Positions 13,801 through 25,983 of a stretch of 64,000 bases of DNA are shown here, one piece after another. A program made the translations under genes and the position numbers. The stretch is from Yuukianura sp. NJ FZ-2021 (lineage: Eukaryota): positions 2,604,001 to 2,668,000 of the forward strand of contig CM102287.1 of the NCBI GenBank assembly GCA_046563655.1. The letters run 5' to 3'. Each line of letters opens with the position of its first letter. The stretch's first letter is position 1. Below the pieces are notes generated by a model. It was not told where the DNA came from. It worked only from the letters and a program-made list of their open reading frames with translations, and searched no databases.

Positions 13801-15470
13801 CATGTCAATTTCTTATTCCGCTGAGAACATGGATTTCGTCCAAGATAGACAAAGAAGATGAGTCTGTCGTGATGGATTACGAATTGGCATCCTGTCAACT
13901 CATCCCCCCTCACCCCGCCCCCACAAGTACCCCCGATGGGGGGTCGTCAAGGGCCCCCTCTGATGGGGGGACTTGGACCCTCCCCCTTAACTCTGCATGT
14001 TCTGGACATGGGCAGGGAGATATTACGACATACTCTGAAAATGGAATTCTGGAAGATGAAAATGAAAAAATGGCAATTCATCACTCGCAACATGAAATTT
14101 CAAAAAGTTTCAAAAAATTTGAAATTTCAAATTTCGCAGCAGGAGAGCGTGGAACGCCTGACGAATCGGCAGAATCGGGGATTTCAGGAAAAGCGTTTTG
14201 GACTTTCACTTTTGCCGTTTCAGCCATTTTGGTCGTAATTTTCATAATTGTGGTGGTCACTAGAATCAAAATTTTTGAAAAACTGAATTTCAGTTTTTTT
14301 GGAATTGTGCAAAATCGGAGTCGTGTCGGATCGGCGGAGAAAGTTGGCGAGGATTCGTCTCAGTTTTTGTCAGATCCAGAAGATACTAAATTATTTGACG
14401 CCTACTTTCTCTATAATGACAGTGACGAGGATCTGGTGACACACAAAATCACTCCGAATCTGGAACTTTCTCGTCTTTTGCTGCATTATCGCGATTTGTG
14501 TCCTGGAGAACTTCCTGGACAATTTCCTGGACAAGGACGGAGTGACTTGGCCTGGAACCCTGACATGACCTTAAGTGCAGCCGAAGTGTCCAGAGCAATT
14601 GTCATTGTCTTGTCCAAATGTTTTCTGGAACAAGAACTTTCAAATTCAGTTTCCCGCTTGGCTGTTCAATTAGTAATTCATCGATTCAGTTCCAAAGTCA
14701 TTTTCATTCTGATTCCACCGTTGGATTCAACATTTACTTTTCCAGCTTTTTTTCCTGGACTAAAATTGTCTAGAACGACCGTTCTGGACTTTCTGGATGC
14801 CGACTTCTGGCCAAAGTTGAGACTTCGGCTGCCCGGAGGCGATGCTGCGCAGGCGCAGAGAATCCAGCTCCAAGTTCCAGTATACTCGCAGTACCATCGC
14901 AACATTACGCCATATCAACTTCAAGTACCCCATGCACCTATCTACCAAGGGACCATCGACTTCAGTCCAAGTACCCCCCACCCTTACTACTCCGCTTCAC
15001 CCGAACCCACTTGGCGGAGACCCTGCCCCACCATTGAACCCACCTACAATACTTCGTTTGCCGAAAATTTCAAGTTCCACCAACAACAGATTCAGCAGAG
15101 CCACCAAGGTGGCACAAATCCAAGGAATTCAAGGAGAAATGTTGTGCCTACAAGTGCCCTACCGGAAAATCAGCCCCACCGCCAGTATCGTCCTATGGTT
15201 CGAGCTGCCCCACCACAATCTAGAAATCTGCCCCACCAAACTGCTTCTCCAAACAGCCCCACCCACTGCTCCACCACTGACAGTGGGAATGTCAATGGAA
15301 GTTGCAGTAGTGATGAACTGGAAAATGAACATGTCTATTCAACATTGGATTCTCCGCTGCAGTCGCCAAACGATTTCGAACTTATCCGAGGATTGGGCAA
15401 CCCCCATTCTGAGCCCCACCAAGACCCACCAAGCCCCGCCCCACCAAAACGCACCATGTATTTTGTATAA
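10805..15470 (+). CDS. Long Toll-family receptor (Tollo/Toll-6/7-like), about 1520 aa; exons 10805-11645 and 11749-15470
   Basis: Signal peptide MGSSGFLCLTFLLFLPAVFS and many LRRs. LRRCT (NPFVCDCSMEWL) is followed by the long-Toll Cys cluster ([39 protein letters not shown]), a second LRR block with NPWSCSC, a TM segment (FWTFTFAVSAILVVIFIIVVV) and a TIR domain (KLFDAYFLY, LHYRDL, FWPKLR). A phase-1 GT..AG intron at 11646-11748 joins the two ORFs in frame (LDLG|NNL). Confidence 0.93.
12855..13040 (+). repeat. Coding minisatellite, about 6 x 30 bp (SADFPGNRKT)
   Basis: The unit TCGGCTGATTTTCCAGGAAATCGGAAAACT is repeated in frame just before the LRRCT of Toll 1. Confidence 0.9.
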
Positions 15471-16388
15471 GTAAAATAATTACTAATTTATTTAAAGTTT
15501 AACATCGGTTAACCTTTTTTCGTTTAACTTAACTTACTTTAACAAAATTTTGCAGTTGTGTTGATTTGGCGAAATTTCTAGAAGACTGAATTTTTAAGAA
15601 ATTTTCGAGTTTAGCTTCTGTTATTCTTTTTGAGACGGATTTCGTTTCTGAAATAAGAAATAATTTCAGTTTACGCTGTCCTTGCACCTTTAAAGATAGT
15701 TATACTAAAAGTTAGTATTCGTGCTTAGATTAAGTCGATTAGATTAAGGTTAGGCTAATTTTGACTAACCTATTGATGACCAATGAACTTGAGCTAATGG
15801 AGCCCCCACTAGTCAATAATTGTTTAAGATCCCAGTTAATCCTAACCAGTTTAAATCAATCTCATCTTGGCCTTAATTGTTTGAGGAAATGAATCCCAAA
15901 TTACTATCATCTCTCTACGCTCCACCATGTAATTTTCAAATTTTAATTTTCCATGTTCAAATTTTCAAATTTCCTAAACAACATCTCAAAGTTGCTCTCT
16001 TGTAACTGCTGATGCTGCCCCAATCTCTTCAATCAGTAAAATAAACATTTGAATTGCAATTTTCATGGTCCGACTTTACATAAAAAAGTTTTTTCATCCC
16101 CTCAAGTCCTTTCTTAAAACAAAATTTTAATTTTTGGTCGTGTACTGTAGTTTGGGTGGTCATTTTAAAATTATTAAAGTAAATAACAGCCTAATCACCT
16201 TAAAAACTTAAATTTTTGCTAACCCGGAACAGATTCGGCTAATCCCACTCTAACGAATTGGGTCCCAGATTTCTCAGAATCTCAGCTTGCCCCAAAATGA
16301 AAACTTTAATTTTTACTTTTTAAATTTTCTCAAGTCACGGGTCAAATTACCCCATTTGATCTAATGTCAGTTCAAGGTCAGAGGTCAA

Positions 16389-16454
16389 CATAGTTACTCC
16401 CTCCACCACACATAGTTACTCCCTCCAAAACATATAGTTACTCCCTCCAAAACA
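16389..16454. repeat. 3 x 22-bp tandem repeat with core ATAGTTACTCCCTCC
   Basis: Copies start at 16389, 16411 and 16433. The same core occurs reversed at 7802 and 7841 and forward at 62444. Confidence 0.85.
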
Positions 16455-19400
16455 TGACTCTGCGTGATTCTGAACACCTTTTCATGTTTTGTTGAAAATG
16501 ATGATGAAAAGGTAGTCGTTTTGAGCCGCATTTGAAAAGTCTCCACTTTGGTGGTTGTGGCGGCGGTTGGTTTTAAATAGACGGTGGATTTATGATATTA
16601 TCAAAGTTTCTCAAAGTGGAAACATGATTTAGGTGGAGAATATGGTGGGGGAAACAGGCCCATAATTTGTAAAATCTTTTACCACTACTTGCTTCATTTT
16701 TATGAAACTTCCGAAATTTCCTTAACCTAACTCCAGCGGAACCTCTTAAATCCAAATTTATTTTCCCATGTATCATCCTTCTCCCACTGGAACTCAAAAT
16801 GGAACATTCTTGGAGGATTCGTCTGAATTTCCACTTCACTTCCTTCGACACTCTGCAGAGTCTCTTCTCTGTGCTTCTTTTTAGTACATGCATAGCATTT
16901 ACAACAATTTCCTCATCACTATAAAAGAAACCGAAACCAAAAAGCTTCTTTTCATACGAGACAAAAAGGTTCCTTTTGAGTTTCCGCGTAACTCGTGTTG
17001 CATGCAACACGTTCAGAAAACTCCATTCTTTCTCGCACGAATTCTCATAAAAATCATCAAATTGGATCAGAAAACAAGAAGAAGATGTTCCATTTTAAAC
17101 ACAAAACAAAAAAGAAAGAAAGTTCAACCGAAATTCCGAGGAGGGCAACAAGTCACTGCCAAATTTCAAAAAAAAAATTCTTTTTTTCAAAAACTCAAAT
17201 TTTGGCCAAAATTTTTAGGAATTAGACACTCAGCATCATGCTAAAAGCCAAACTTACTTTTTTCCGAAATGTAATTTCTAATCTTTTTTCTCCACTTTCA
17301 CTTTTTTCATTTTTTTTTGTGCCAAAAAACCAAATGGTTTCCGTCAATCACTCAAGTTTTTTTATGTTGCTGAAATGCGTACTTTTTTTTATCGCCAAAA
17401 TCTCACATGTCATCACTCAATCAAAAAACCCGAAAATCGGTTTCTACCCGCCTTTTTTTCCTTCCCGGGCACAATCTACTCAATTTCAAAAAATGAACTT
17501 AATTACATAATTTACAATTTTTTTTTCCAATTTCCCCTCATACTTTTTTCAAAACGTGCGTGTTTTGACGGAAATGGATCTCACAGGATGAAGTCATTGT
17601 TTTTGCCCAAGCCAAGGGCCCATTTCTCCCTTCTGCCTGAGCTCAAGGGCCCCCCTACTCATCGACTAAGGGCCCTTTTTAAAAAACGAAATTTAGAAAA
17701 TCGTTTTTTGAAAACAGGAAGGAGTTGAAGGGGTAGTGTTTAAATTATGCATGGCGGAGAGGAAGTAGAAGCCATTTGCTTGTTCAATTGAAGGGAGACA
17801 TGGACTGGTGATCATCATGATTTTTAGGAGTTCATTATTTGCTCTGCAGCCATTTCTGTTTTTTGTGACTTGTCTCAGGAGTAGTGAGTAGAATTGGTAA
17901 GTGCCCCTTAAGTCTCTCTTTTTATTTATTCAGCACCACACGAATCACCAACCACTGCAAACTCTAAAGTGTCCCCTCCATTGTCATCTCCAACAAAAAG
18001 AAATCTTTGATCAACAACATCACAACGATAGAAAGAGTCTTTTCTCTTCTGTTTGTTTTTACTTTGACAAAATTGGCAAAGTCACTTTCGCTTTTTTAAT
18101 TTCCCGAAACAAAAAATTTCTCAAGAGTTTCAGTTTAATTGCATTTTGACTCTTTTAAAACACAAGTTGAAGCGAGTGACCTCAATGACCTCTTCTGCTT
18201 TTTTAAAAAGCTGAAAAAACACTCCATTTTTCAGAAAAGCACAATTTTTTCAAAAAAAAAAGTTGCATGAAGCTTTCAAAAGTTGCTGAAACTGTAGATT
18301 ATATGTGAAAATTAGACAAAAACAAAGAAATTTAGGTTTTTCCTTTCAAGAAAATGAGTTTCCGTGAAATTTCTTTCTTCGTAGTTAGCATTTTTTTTTG
18401 TTAATTTTGTTTTGTTTTAGTGTTTGAAACGTAACTGTTAAGTGTGGTTACTTATTGTTTTGCGTAATCAAAAGAACAATGAGACTTAAGTGTCTTAAGT
18501 GGGTGCTATCTTCTTTTATGCGTGTGGTCTTTCAGAAAGTCTTCAAATTTCAAAATCATTAACACTTTTCAGTACTTAAATTCTAAAAAAACATTTAGAT
18601 TTGTAATCAATTTTAACATTAGTTAGTAAACTTTAGTTAAAATTTCACTTTTTGTAAAGTAGAATTTTTGCATAACTTCGCCAGCGTTTTAATTTTTTCT
18701 GAGTTTTTCTCTCCTTTCCTGACTCATCTTTTTGCATAAAAATTTTGAACGACGTTGAATCAAAACCGGATCTGAATCATCCAAAAAATAAAAAAATTTG
18801 CATTGCTTTTTGTTCTCGAGTTTTGGCAAAAGTTGATCAGAAAGGTACGTAGTTGTGTTTTTTATAATTTGATTTTGATTTGTCGTGTTTTCGAAATAAA
18901 TTGGCAGTTCATGAAGCAAAAAAGTGGAATTTTGTTTTTTTGCTTTTCAATTGGATGTTCCAGTCAATTGAAGAACTGAGGAGCTCATTTGTGTAGTTTG
19001 AGTTTTATTGCTCACAAAACAAAAGACTTAAAGTAATTTATGACACACGAAAAGTCGACCTGAGCAACAAGCTGCTCGCCTCTGCTCAATTTCATTTTCA
19101 AAAATTTGATTCAAAAAAATTAAACAGAAAAAAACTCGTTTCGAATTTGAATATTCCTGAAACAATGAAAATCCTACCTCACAAACCACACGCCCATTTC
19201 AAGCATAATTTTAAAAATGAAAGTAAAAGTAAACTTTAGAAAAGTAGAAGGAAAAAGTTTCAAAAAAGTAAAAGTAAAATTCAAAATTTTGAGTTTTTTG
19301 TTAGACTAAGGTTAGGATGACACACGGTGATGTCAGTTTTTTATGAAAATTCCACAGGTTATGATGTGATGTTTACACAGTTGTCTCCATTGTTCTCATT

Positions 19401-22400
19401 GTATTGTTGTTTTTTATTACTCTTGAATTACTTTATGACTCAAAGACTAAGTTTTTGTTAACTTTTGTTAAGTTATTGTTGTTTAAACTTAACTACTTTA
19501 TTAGTCATCCTCTGCTTGGAATTTGTTAGATCATAAAAACTATGATGGCCAATCCTACCGAGAACTAAAATTTAATTGTTCTCTTGAATCGTTTCAGATT
19601 TCATTACTTTACCTTCAAAAGTTAATGCTCAGTTAACCTAACAAGAGGATTAGGTTATGTTAGCCTAACATAAAAACCTAACTTGCGCCGCTGAGAAACT
19701 GTCATCCGATATTTCTTTGAACTTTTGTTTACCTTAGCCGAAGAGCCATAACTTTTTTCATAATTTTCAAACTGAAAAGTAATAAAATATTCATATTTTT
19801 ATGAAACTCCACCTCTTCAACGGATTTTCACATTTTTTATGAGTTTTAATTTTTATATAAGTTATGTTTTTATTATTATATCTTAATAACTTAGTCAAAA
19901 ATGATGAGGGTGAGAGATGAAGACATTTTGTACACTGCTGTTTGATGCATCAAGCATCAAAGGTAAAATTTCAGATCAAAATGATAAGCAAGGTTCAAAT
20001 TATTTCAAAAAAATTAAGGGTCCAGGGCCCTTAGCCCTTCATTTCGAGTAGAGCGATTTTCATTTTTTTTTGTGAAACAAGCTGTTACATCGTTTTTTCA
20101 AAATTTTGAAACAAACTGTTACATTTTAAGAAATGTTGAACAAGCTGAGCTTTCTGGTTGAACTTCACCGGTAAATCCCGAAATCCTGCAACTCTGTTGA
20201 TCATTTCGATAAGATTTGATAGAGCAGAGCAGTTGGGACTTACTGTTTGAACAAAACAATTTTCAAAAAAGTTTTAGAAAACAGAAATTGTCTTTATCTG
20301 TTGAAGAGAGGACCTCAAGGTCTCCGCCCTTTGCAATAATATCTCAAGGGCCCATCTCCCTTAGAGAAAGAGGCGGAAGGGCCTTGGTTCTTGAAGAATT
20401 GCTTTGGAATTAGAAATTGAAAGAACTTTGTGTCCTTTTAATCCGAACTTTCAAAAGAGAGCCAAGGTTTAAAATTTGAAAAGAAAAATGGCGATAGGAA
20501 TCAAGATTTTAATCGAAGCAGAACAAGGAAGCAGTGGCTCCAATTTTTCTTATTTTTCTGCGCTCCAATCTCTCAAGCGTCTCTAATTTTCCAGGTGGAG
20601 TGTCTTCATTTGTTCAAAATTTCGAAAAACAAGGTTTCAACATTTCAAATTTTCAAAAACAGAATTTCACTACATTTTCGAAATGCACCCAAATGTGACA
20701 GAAGATTCTAAAATCAAGATTTTCCAGAAAAAAGAAAAAGAATTTGGAAAAACAAGACTTTCCAAAACGTGAAATTTTTGAAGACGAAGAGGGGGCCCTT
20801 AGGCTTCCTGAAAGGGGGGCCCTTGTCTCCGGCGACATTTGAAGTTTCTGTTTTTTAAACTTCCAGTGGAGGGTACTTTGAAATGGATTTGTGATCGGTG
20901 ACAAATCAAGTGTGAAATTTAGAAAGTAAAGAAAAATGTTTTCTTTTGTAGCTCCGAGTGAAAGTATTTTGTGAAGTGGAAAGAAAAACTTTGAAAAGTT
21001 TTTGAAAACATTGATCTCCTGAGCGGTGACCTTTGACCCTACGGCATTACTCATTTCTTAGACAACACAAAAACCGAAATTGAATCTTCACGGGATGAGG
21101 TTTCTAAAAATACCTTCAAAGTGTTTGGCGGTATTGAGTTTTTGTGTCGGAATTTGAAATTTGATTGACACTTTCGTAATTGTTTTCCTTGCGTACTACG
21201 TTTCACCACTGCCAACACCCCTTCAAAACTTAAACAGGTGAAATTTTGAAAATTAAAACTTTCTGAATTTTCTGTTTCTTAAACTTAGATTTTTCATACA
21301 TTAACTTATTAGTCATTCTCACTTAACTCACCAAAGTCAATACTAATTTGTGTTTCAGAATCTTGAGATTTTAGTAACCTGATAATTTTGATGACTTTTT
21401 CTAAAAGTGTTTCAACTTCTAAAAATGTCAAACACTTTTATGCTCTCTGTTTGAACAGAAAACCAACCTTTTATACTGAAAGTAAACATTCAAAAAGAAA
21501 CAAACAAATCATTAGTGTAACTCAATCTTCCACTGAATAACTCAACGTCTTCTGTCCACTTCTGAAATTTAAAAAGTTTGACCTCTGACCTTCCCACTTT
21601 TCAAATGCAGAGGTCACGAGGTGATATTTTTAATCCACTGAAAGAGGCAGATGTTGGACTTGAAATTTATTTTTAGAATTGAGAAGGAAATGAACCCATT
21701 TCGAAAAATAAAGCGGAGAATTCGTGTTACAAAGTGGCTTGTGCACTTTGTTTCTGAGCTGCATTTTTTGTAAAAGTAAAAGCAGCTGATAAATTTGCCA
21801 AGTTGTGCTTTTTAGCATCAACCAAAGTCACTTTCTCGCAACAGTCGATTAACGCTAGTCGGTTAAACTAAAAGTGTTGCAAAGAACAACTAAAAAGCTC
21901 TCCTGGTTCTAAGAACTAAAGTTCAAAAAAAAATTTAAGAAAAAATTTTGAAAAGCGATTTGGCAACTTTTTTGGCGCTTCGTCAGCTCTTTCCAGAAGA
22001 ACCCGGAAGATGCAGTGAAGCTTGAAATGAGGAATTGAAGTAATTAAAATTTCAGTTTTATGATTTAGAATTCGAAATAGGAGGCAGGTTGAGGAAATCC
22101 GGTTTTGTAGAACTTCATAAAATAATGAATTAATGTAAAATAATGAATTAATGTTGTATATAAATGAATTCCAATAATGTTTTTTGGCTCGAGATCTTGA
22201 ATCTGAGGAATCAGTGGATTAGTGATGTTGGAAATAATTGAATGGATTTAGCATGTGATTCATGAGGCAGAGCAGAGGAGGGTTGAGTTTAATGGGTGTT
22301 GACTGGTTGTTCATGTCCTCAGACGTCAAAATTTATTGGCGCGGATTTGTGCACCTTCCAAATTTATGGACGCCGATTTGTGGACGTCAAAAAAGTTGGC

Positions 22401-24478
22401 GTTACAACCTAATTCTGCTACGCTGTAAATCTAATACACTCAGATTTTAAAACTCAACCGTGGCGGAGTAAAGACAAATCGCGTGCGAAAGCATTTCAAC
22501 AAAAACCGCCAATTGAGACAAAAGTTTAAAAAAAAAATTGTAACAAAAATTGAGAAATTTGAAATTTTTCTCAATTTCAGAGTTTAAAATCTAAAAATTT
22601 TTGTTCTCTAGGCCATACAAGGTCACTGGCTGGAGAAAATCAATGTCTGTTTTGCAAAAACTTTCTTTTTTGCAATTTTTTGTGTAGTCAAGTGGGAATT
22701 TTCTGCGAGATTTGTTCCTTTTCGCTGAGAGCTGAAGATGGTCTGCACTTTTTCGTGCTTTTCCTCTCTTTTGTGCTTCCAATCAACTTTCTCCTGATTT
22801 CTCCCTCCATAATTCATGTCTTCCACTCCAACTCTTGGCGGAACGAGTGATAAATTGTCTCGAATCTTCTGCTGCGCTCCTGATGAGACAAACTTCATAA
22901 AATCCTCATCAACCCTTGGAAGAAACAAAGTCACGTCGAACAGAAGAAGCGAAGAAAGTGTAATAAGTGACACCATTGCACTCGCTCAACACAAGTTCAC
23001 ACTTCCCCAGTGTCAAAAATAACACGAAACTACAAAACACACGTTCAAGTGACAAAGTTAGGCTAACCTTGGAGTTAGCCTAACCTGCCACTGGATTCAA
23101 TTGATGATCCAGTCTGTACCTTGTCACTTCCTAACAGCCTGCTCCTGCCAATGTCAACATTTAAACCCAACTAACACCGAAAAGCTCAGATTACGGAAAA
23201 ATTTCCAGAAAAAAAACTACTTTGCAATTTCCACCACAGACAATACACGCAAAGTACGATTCACGCCAATGACAATACATGCCAAGAAAAATTCTAAATT
23301 TACTCAAAATCGGCGAAAAAATACAGAAAAGCGGAGAATGATTCAAATGGAGAAAATTTACCTTGGAGGAAAAAAGTGTTTTGCAATTTACGCCAATTCA
23401 AATTCACGCCAATGACAATTCACGCGAATATAAATTCACCTTAAAACAGTGTAAATTTCATTAAATTCATTAGAATCGGCGAAGAAACGAGTAAAAAGGA
23501 AAATACTTAAAATGTATTGAAAAAAAAAAGTGGGTAAAATTTACTTTGGAGGAGACGAGTATTTACGGCCGAGAAAAAGTCGAAAATTTACGTCGTGTTT
23601 TGATTGTCGTCAATTTTGTTCAATTAGTCCAAAAATTTTAGTTTGAGCTCGTTCCAAGTTTAGCTTTTTGAAAGTTGAGCTTTTTCTTGGAAATTGGTGT
23701 GTAATCACTCTATTTTGTGTAGGATTTTTACACCGTAATTTTGAGTTGTTGGTTACTCACCCCTCAATTTCCATTTGGTTTTAAGTACTGTGTGTTTTTT
23801 AGAAAAAGAACAAGGACTTTTTTAATGCAATTTGAGTAGAAAAGGGCTGCTTTGAGGCTTTGTTGACAAGGAGTTAGGGTAAGTTAAGTGCGTTCTAAGC
23901 GTCTCTCGTTATGTTTTCTCAATTTTATTGTGAATGTGTCCTCCTCTGGTCATGATTCTTGTTTTTGTAACCAGGATTTGGACAGGTAACGTCTTCCCAC
24001 AGTTACGTAATTTACGACACAGTCTAGGCGGATCCTGGAACCAGAATGAAAGATTTACTTATTTGTTCAGACTTTTCTGACTTTGGCAAAAAATGGAATT
24101 GACTTGAGAGGAATGTCTCTGGAAATGTTAGGCTAAGCTTTAGGATTAGCAGGTTAGGAAGTAACAGTTACTAAGCTAAGAAAAGTAGAATTTTTAAAAT
24201 TAGACACACTCTGAGTACAGAGAGAGAGAGGCCAAAAGACAAAGTCAATTTAAATACCACACGAAAATAGAACTTTAGACACACTTCTGACAAATTTTTA
24301 AATCAAGAAAATTTCAACTTTCACCAAGACAAAATTTTTGAATGAAAGTTTTTTGTAATAAAAGAAAAGAGAGAAAACTTGATTCGTCGGAAATTCTGGC
24401 AGCAGCGCAGCGCAGAATTGTCGAAGCAAAGTTTTTAAAAGTTTTCAAAAATTATTGCTGTTGGACGGTTTCTGCGGG

Positions 24479-24492
24479 AGGTCAAGAGGTCA
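24479..24492 (+). promoter_or_regulatory. AGGTCA-AG-AGGTCA (DR2-type nuclear-receptor-like element) upstream of cluster gene 1
   Basis: The identical 14-mer also precedes gene 2 (about 26807), gene 3 (about 28024) and gene 4 (about 29311), each about 20-25 bp before a 5'-UTR intron donor. Function is inferred. Confidence 0.45.
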
Positions 24493-24641
24493 CGCTTGCC
24501 CAACTTTGAAGTATGTAATTCCTAAATTTCTAAGCTTCTGTTCATGTTTTTTTATTAACTTTTAATATTTTTGTGTCGTAGATCGATACCGTCGGGTCGT
24601 TTCGGTTCGGAATCGTGTCGGTTCGGATCATTGTTGGAAGA

Positions 24642-25550
24642 ATGAAGCTGCTCGGTGCTTTTCTTGCCGTCATCTGCTTTAGCAGCAGTGTCCAATCAAT
24701 GCAAAAAGAATCTGTGTTCAATAAAGACTCAATTGAAGAAGCGGCTTTTTATGAGGGTGATCTTGGTTGTGGGAAGCGAGAGGTGTACTCTAAACAGAAG
24801 AAGTGGATGAAAGCACAGAAGAGTGACTCTGGCTTTTTCGGGAAATTCAATCAAACAGTTTACTTGAACAAAATTTGGCCGACTGCTGAAGATCTGACCA
24901 AAGAATGTTGTGAATGTTGTGACAAGGCCAAGGACCAAAAGTGGGATAAAGATGTCACCGTCCTGACGAAGTGTAATGAGGAAAGGATCAAGGAGATCGT
25001 GGCAAAGGGAGTCGAGATGGACCGTGCTAAATCTGGAGCGGCGACATTGGATTTCAATGTCGCCGTGACCTTGACCTTGGCGACCGTTCTTGGAGGAAGA
25101 GACAACACTAACGCAAAGGTCACCGCTTTCCTGCTCGTCTTCTGCTGGATCTCAGGCAGCAGTGCCCAGCAGCGAGAGAATTTGTTTCCGGTAGGAAGTG
25201 GAGGTTGGCAGGCCGATGTGAACGCTAGACAAGCCTGCAGCGGCGGCAACCCCAAGTACTTTGAAAATACTAAGCGAGAGGTTGAAGCGTCTCCAGAATT
25301 TCCTGCTGGCTTCCCATCCAAAAACGACTTGATTACCAAAATCCTGCCGACTGCTGAATATCTCGTCAAGGAATGCTGTGATGGTAAGGAATTCAGCAAA
25401 TGTGACGATGCCAAGGTCAAGCAAATTATACAAAGTCGACTAGGAAGTTCAGCCACTTTTTCTACCAACAACGTCGCTTCAACTTCCAAACAAAGTGGAA
25501 TCGCTGGAATCGCTGCTCTTCTTGGAGTAGCAGCAATCAACTTTTTCTGA
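24642..25550 (+). CDS. Cluster gene 1: 302-aa secreted, probably GPI-anchored protein with two homologous Cys domains (A+B)
   Basis: Signal peptide MKLLGAFLAVICFSSSVQS. Domain A is GCGK...KIWPTAEDLTKECC...TKC. A double hydrophobic linker follows. Domain B is ACSGG...KILPTAEYLVKECCDG...SKC. The C-terminus is a Ser/Thr spacer plus the hydrophobic tail GIAGIAALLGVAAINFF*. Likely 5'-UTR intron at about 24511-24581. Confidence 0.8.
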   Translation: MKLLGAFLAVICFSSSVQSMQKESVFNKDSIEEAAFYEGDLGCGKREVYSKQKKWMKAQKSDSGFFGKFNQTVYLNKIWPTAEDLTKECCECCDKAKDQKWDKDVTVLTKCNEERIKEIVAKGVEMDRAKSGAATLDFNVAVTLTLATVLGGRDNTNAKVTAFLLVFCWISGSSAQQRENLFPVGSGGWQADVNARQACSGGNPKYFENTKREVEASPEFPAGFPSKNDLITKILPTAEYLVKECCDGKEFSKCDDAKVKQIIQSRLGSSATFSTNNVASTSKQSGIAGIAALLGVAAINFF

Positions 25551-25734
25551 GATTCCTCAAACACAAAATATTATTTCAATATAATTTACACTAAAAACTG
25601 AAATCTAAATTTTCAAAAATTCTAAGAACTTATGAGAAAAATAAACTTCCATAAATCCATTTGAATTTTGAGCTGAAATTTTCAGGACTTATTTTGGAGT
25701 GATCAGATTTTGTTCAAATTAAGGAGGGATAGGA

Positions 25735-25983
25735 GGGATCCCCTAAAAGGCGGAACGCGGAAAAGGCGGAAAGCCGCGCACTATACGAGGAAAAGGCGGA
25801 TTACCGCGCACTATACGTTTAGGTTAGTTAGGTTAGGTTAGGAAAACCTAACCTAGCCGCGCACTATACGCACTATACGCACTATTTTCCTCGTATAGTG
25901 CGCGGTAATCCGCCTTTTCCTCGTATAGTGCGCGGCTTTCCGCCTTTTCCGCCTTTTCCGCGTTCCGCCTTTTAGGGGATCCC
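25735..25983. mobile_element. 249-bp foldback MITE, Mutator(MULE)-like, with a TTAGG-repeat core
   Basis: TIRs of about 85-90 bp beginning GGGATCCCCTAAAAGGCGGAACGCGG, built of sub-repeats. Perfect 9-bp TSD GGGATAGGA at 25726-25734 and 25984-25992. The centre reads TTAGGTTAGTTAGGTTAGGTTAGG-AAAA-CCTAACCTA. Confidence 0.9.

Noticed and set aside
16573..21054. Many 60-145 aa ORFs in the intergenic region
   Set aside because: They are K/F/N-rich translations of poly-A/T tracts, as expected by chance.
22623..22976. 117-aa minus-strand ORF with a hydrophobic start
   Set aside because: No recognisable domain, paralogue or splice support. It cannot be supported, though a small orphan gene is not excluded.
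23210..23560. ATTCACGCCAATGACAAT repeats and a diverged duplication as a mobile element
   Set aside because: No TIR, TSD or coding remnant is discernible. It appears to be only a decayed tandem repeat.
24860..25564. Long antisense ORF (234 aa), and similar shadow ORFs over the Tolls and spineless
   Set aside because: These are antisense or alternative-frame shadows of GC-richer real coding sequence, with no independent features.
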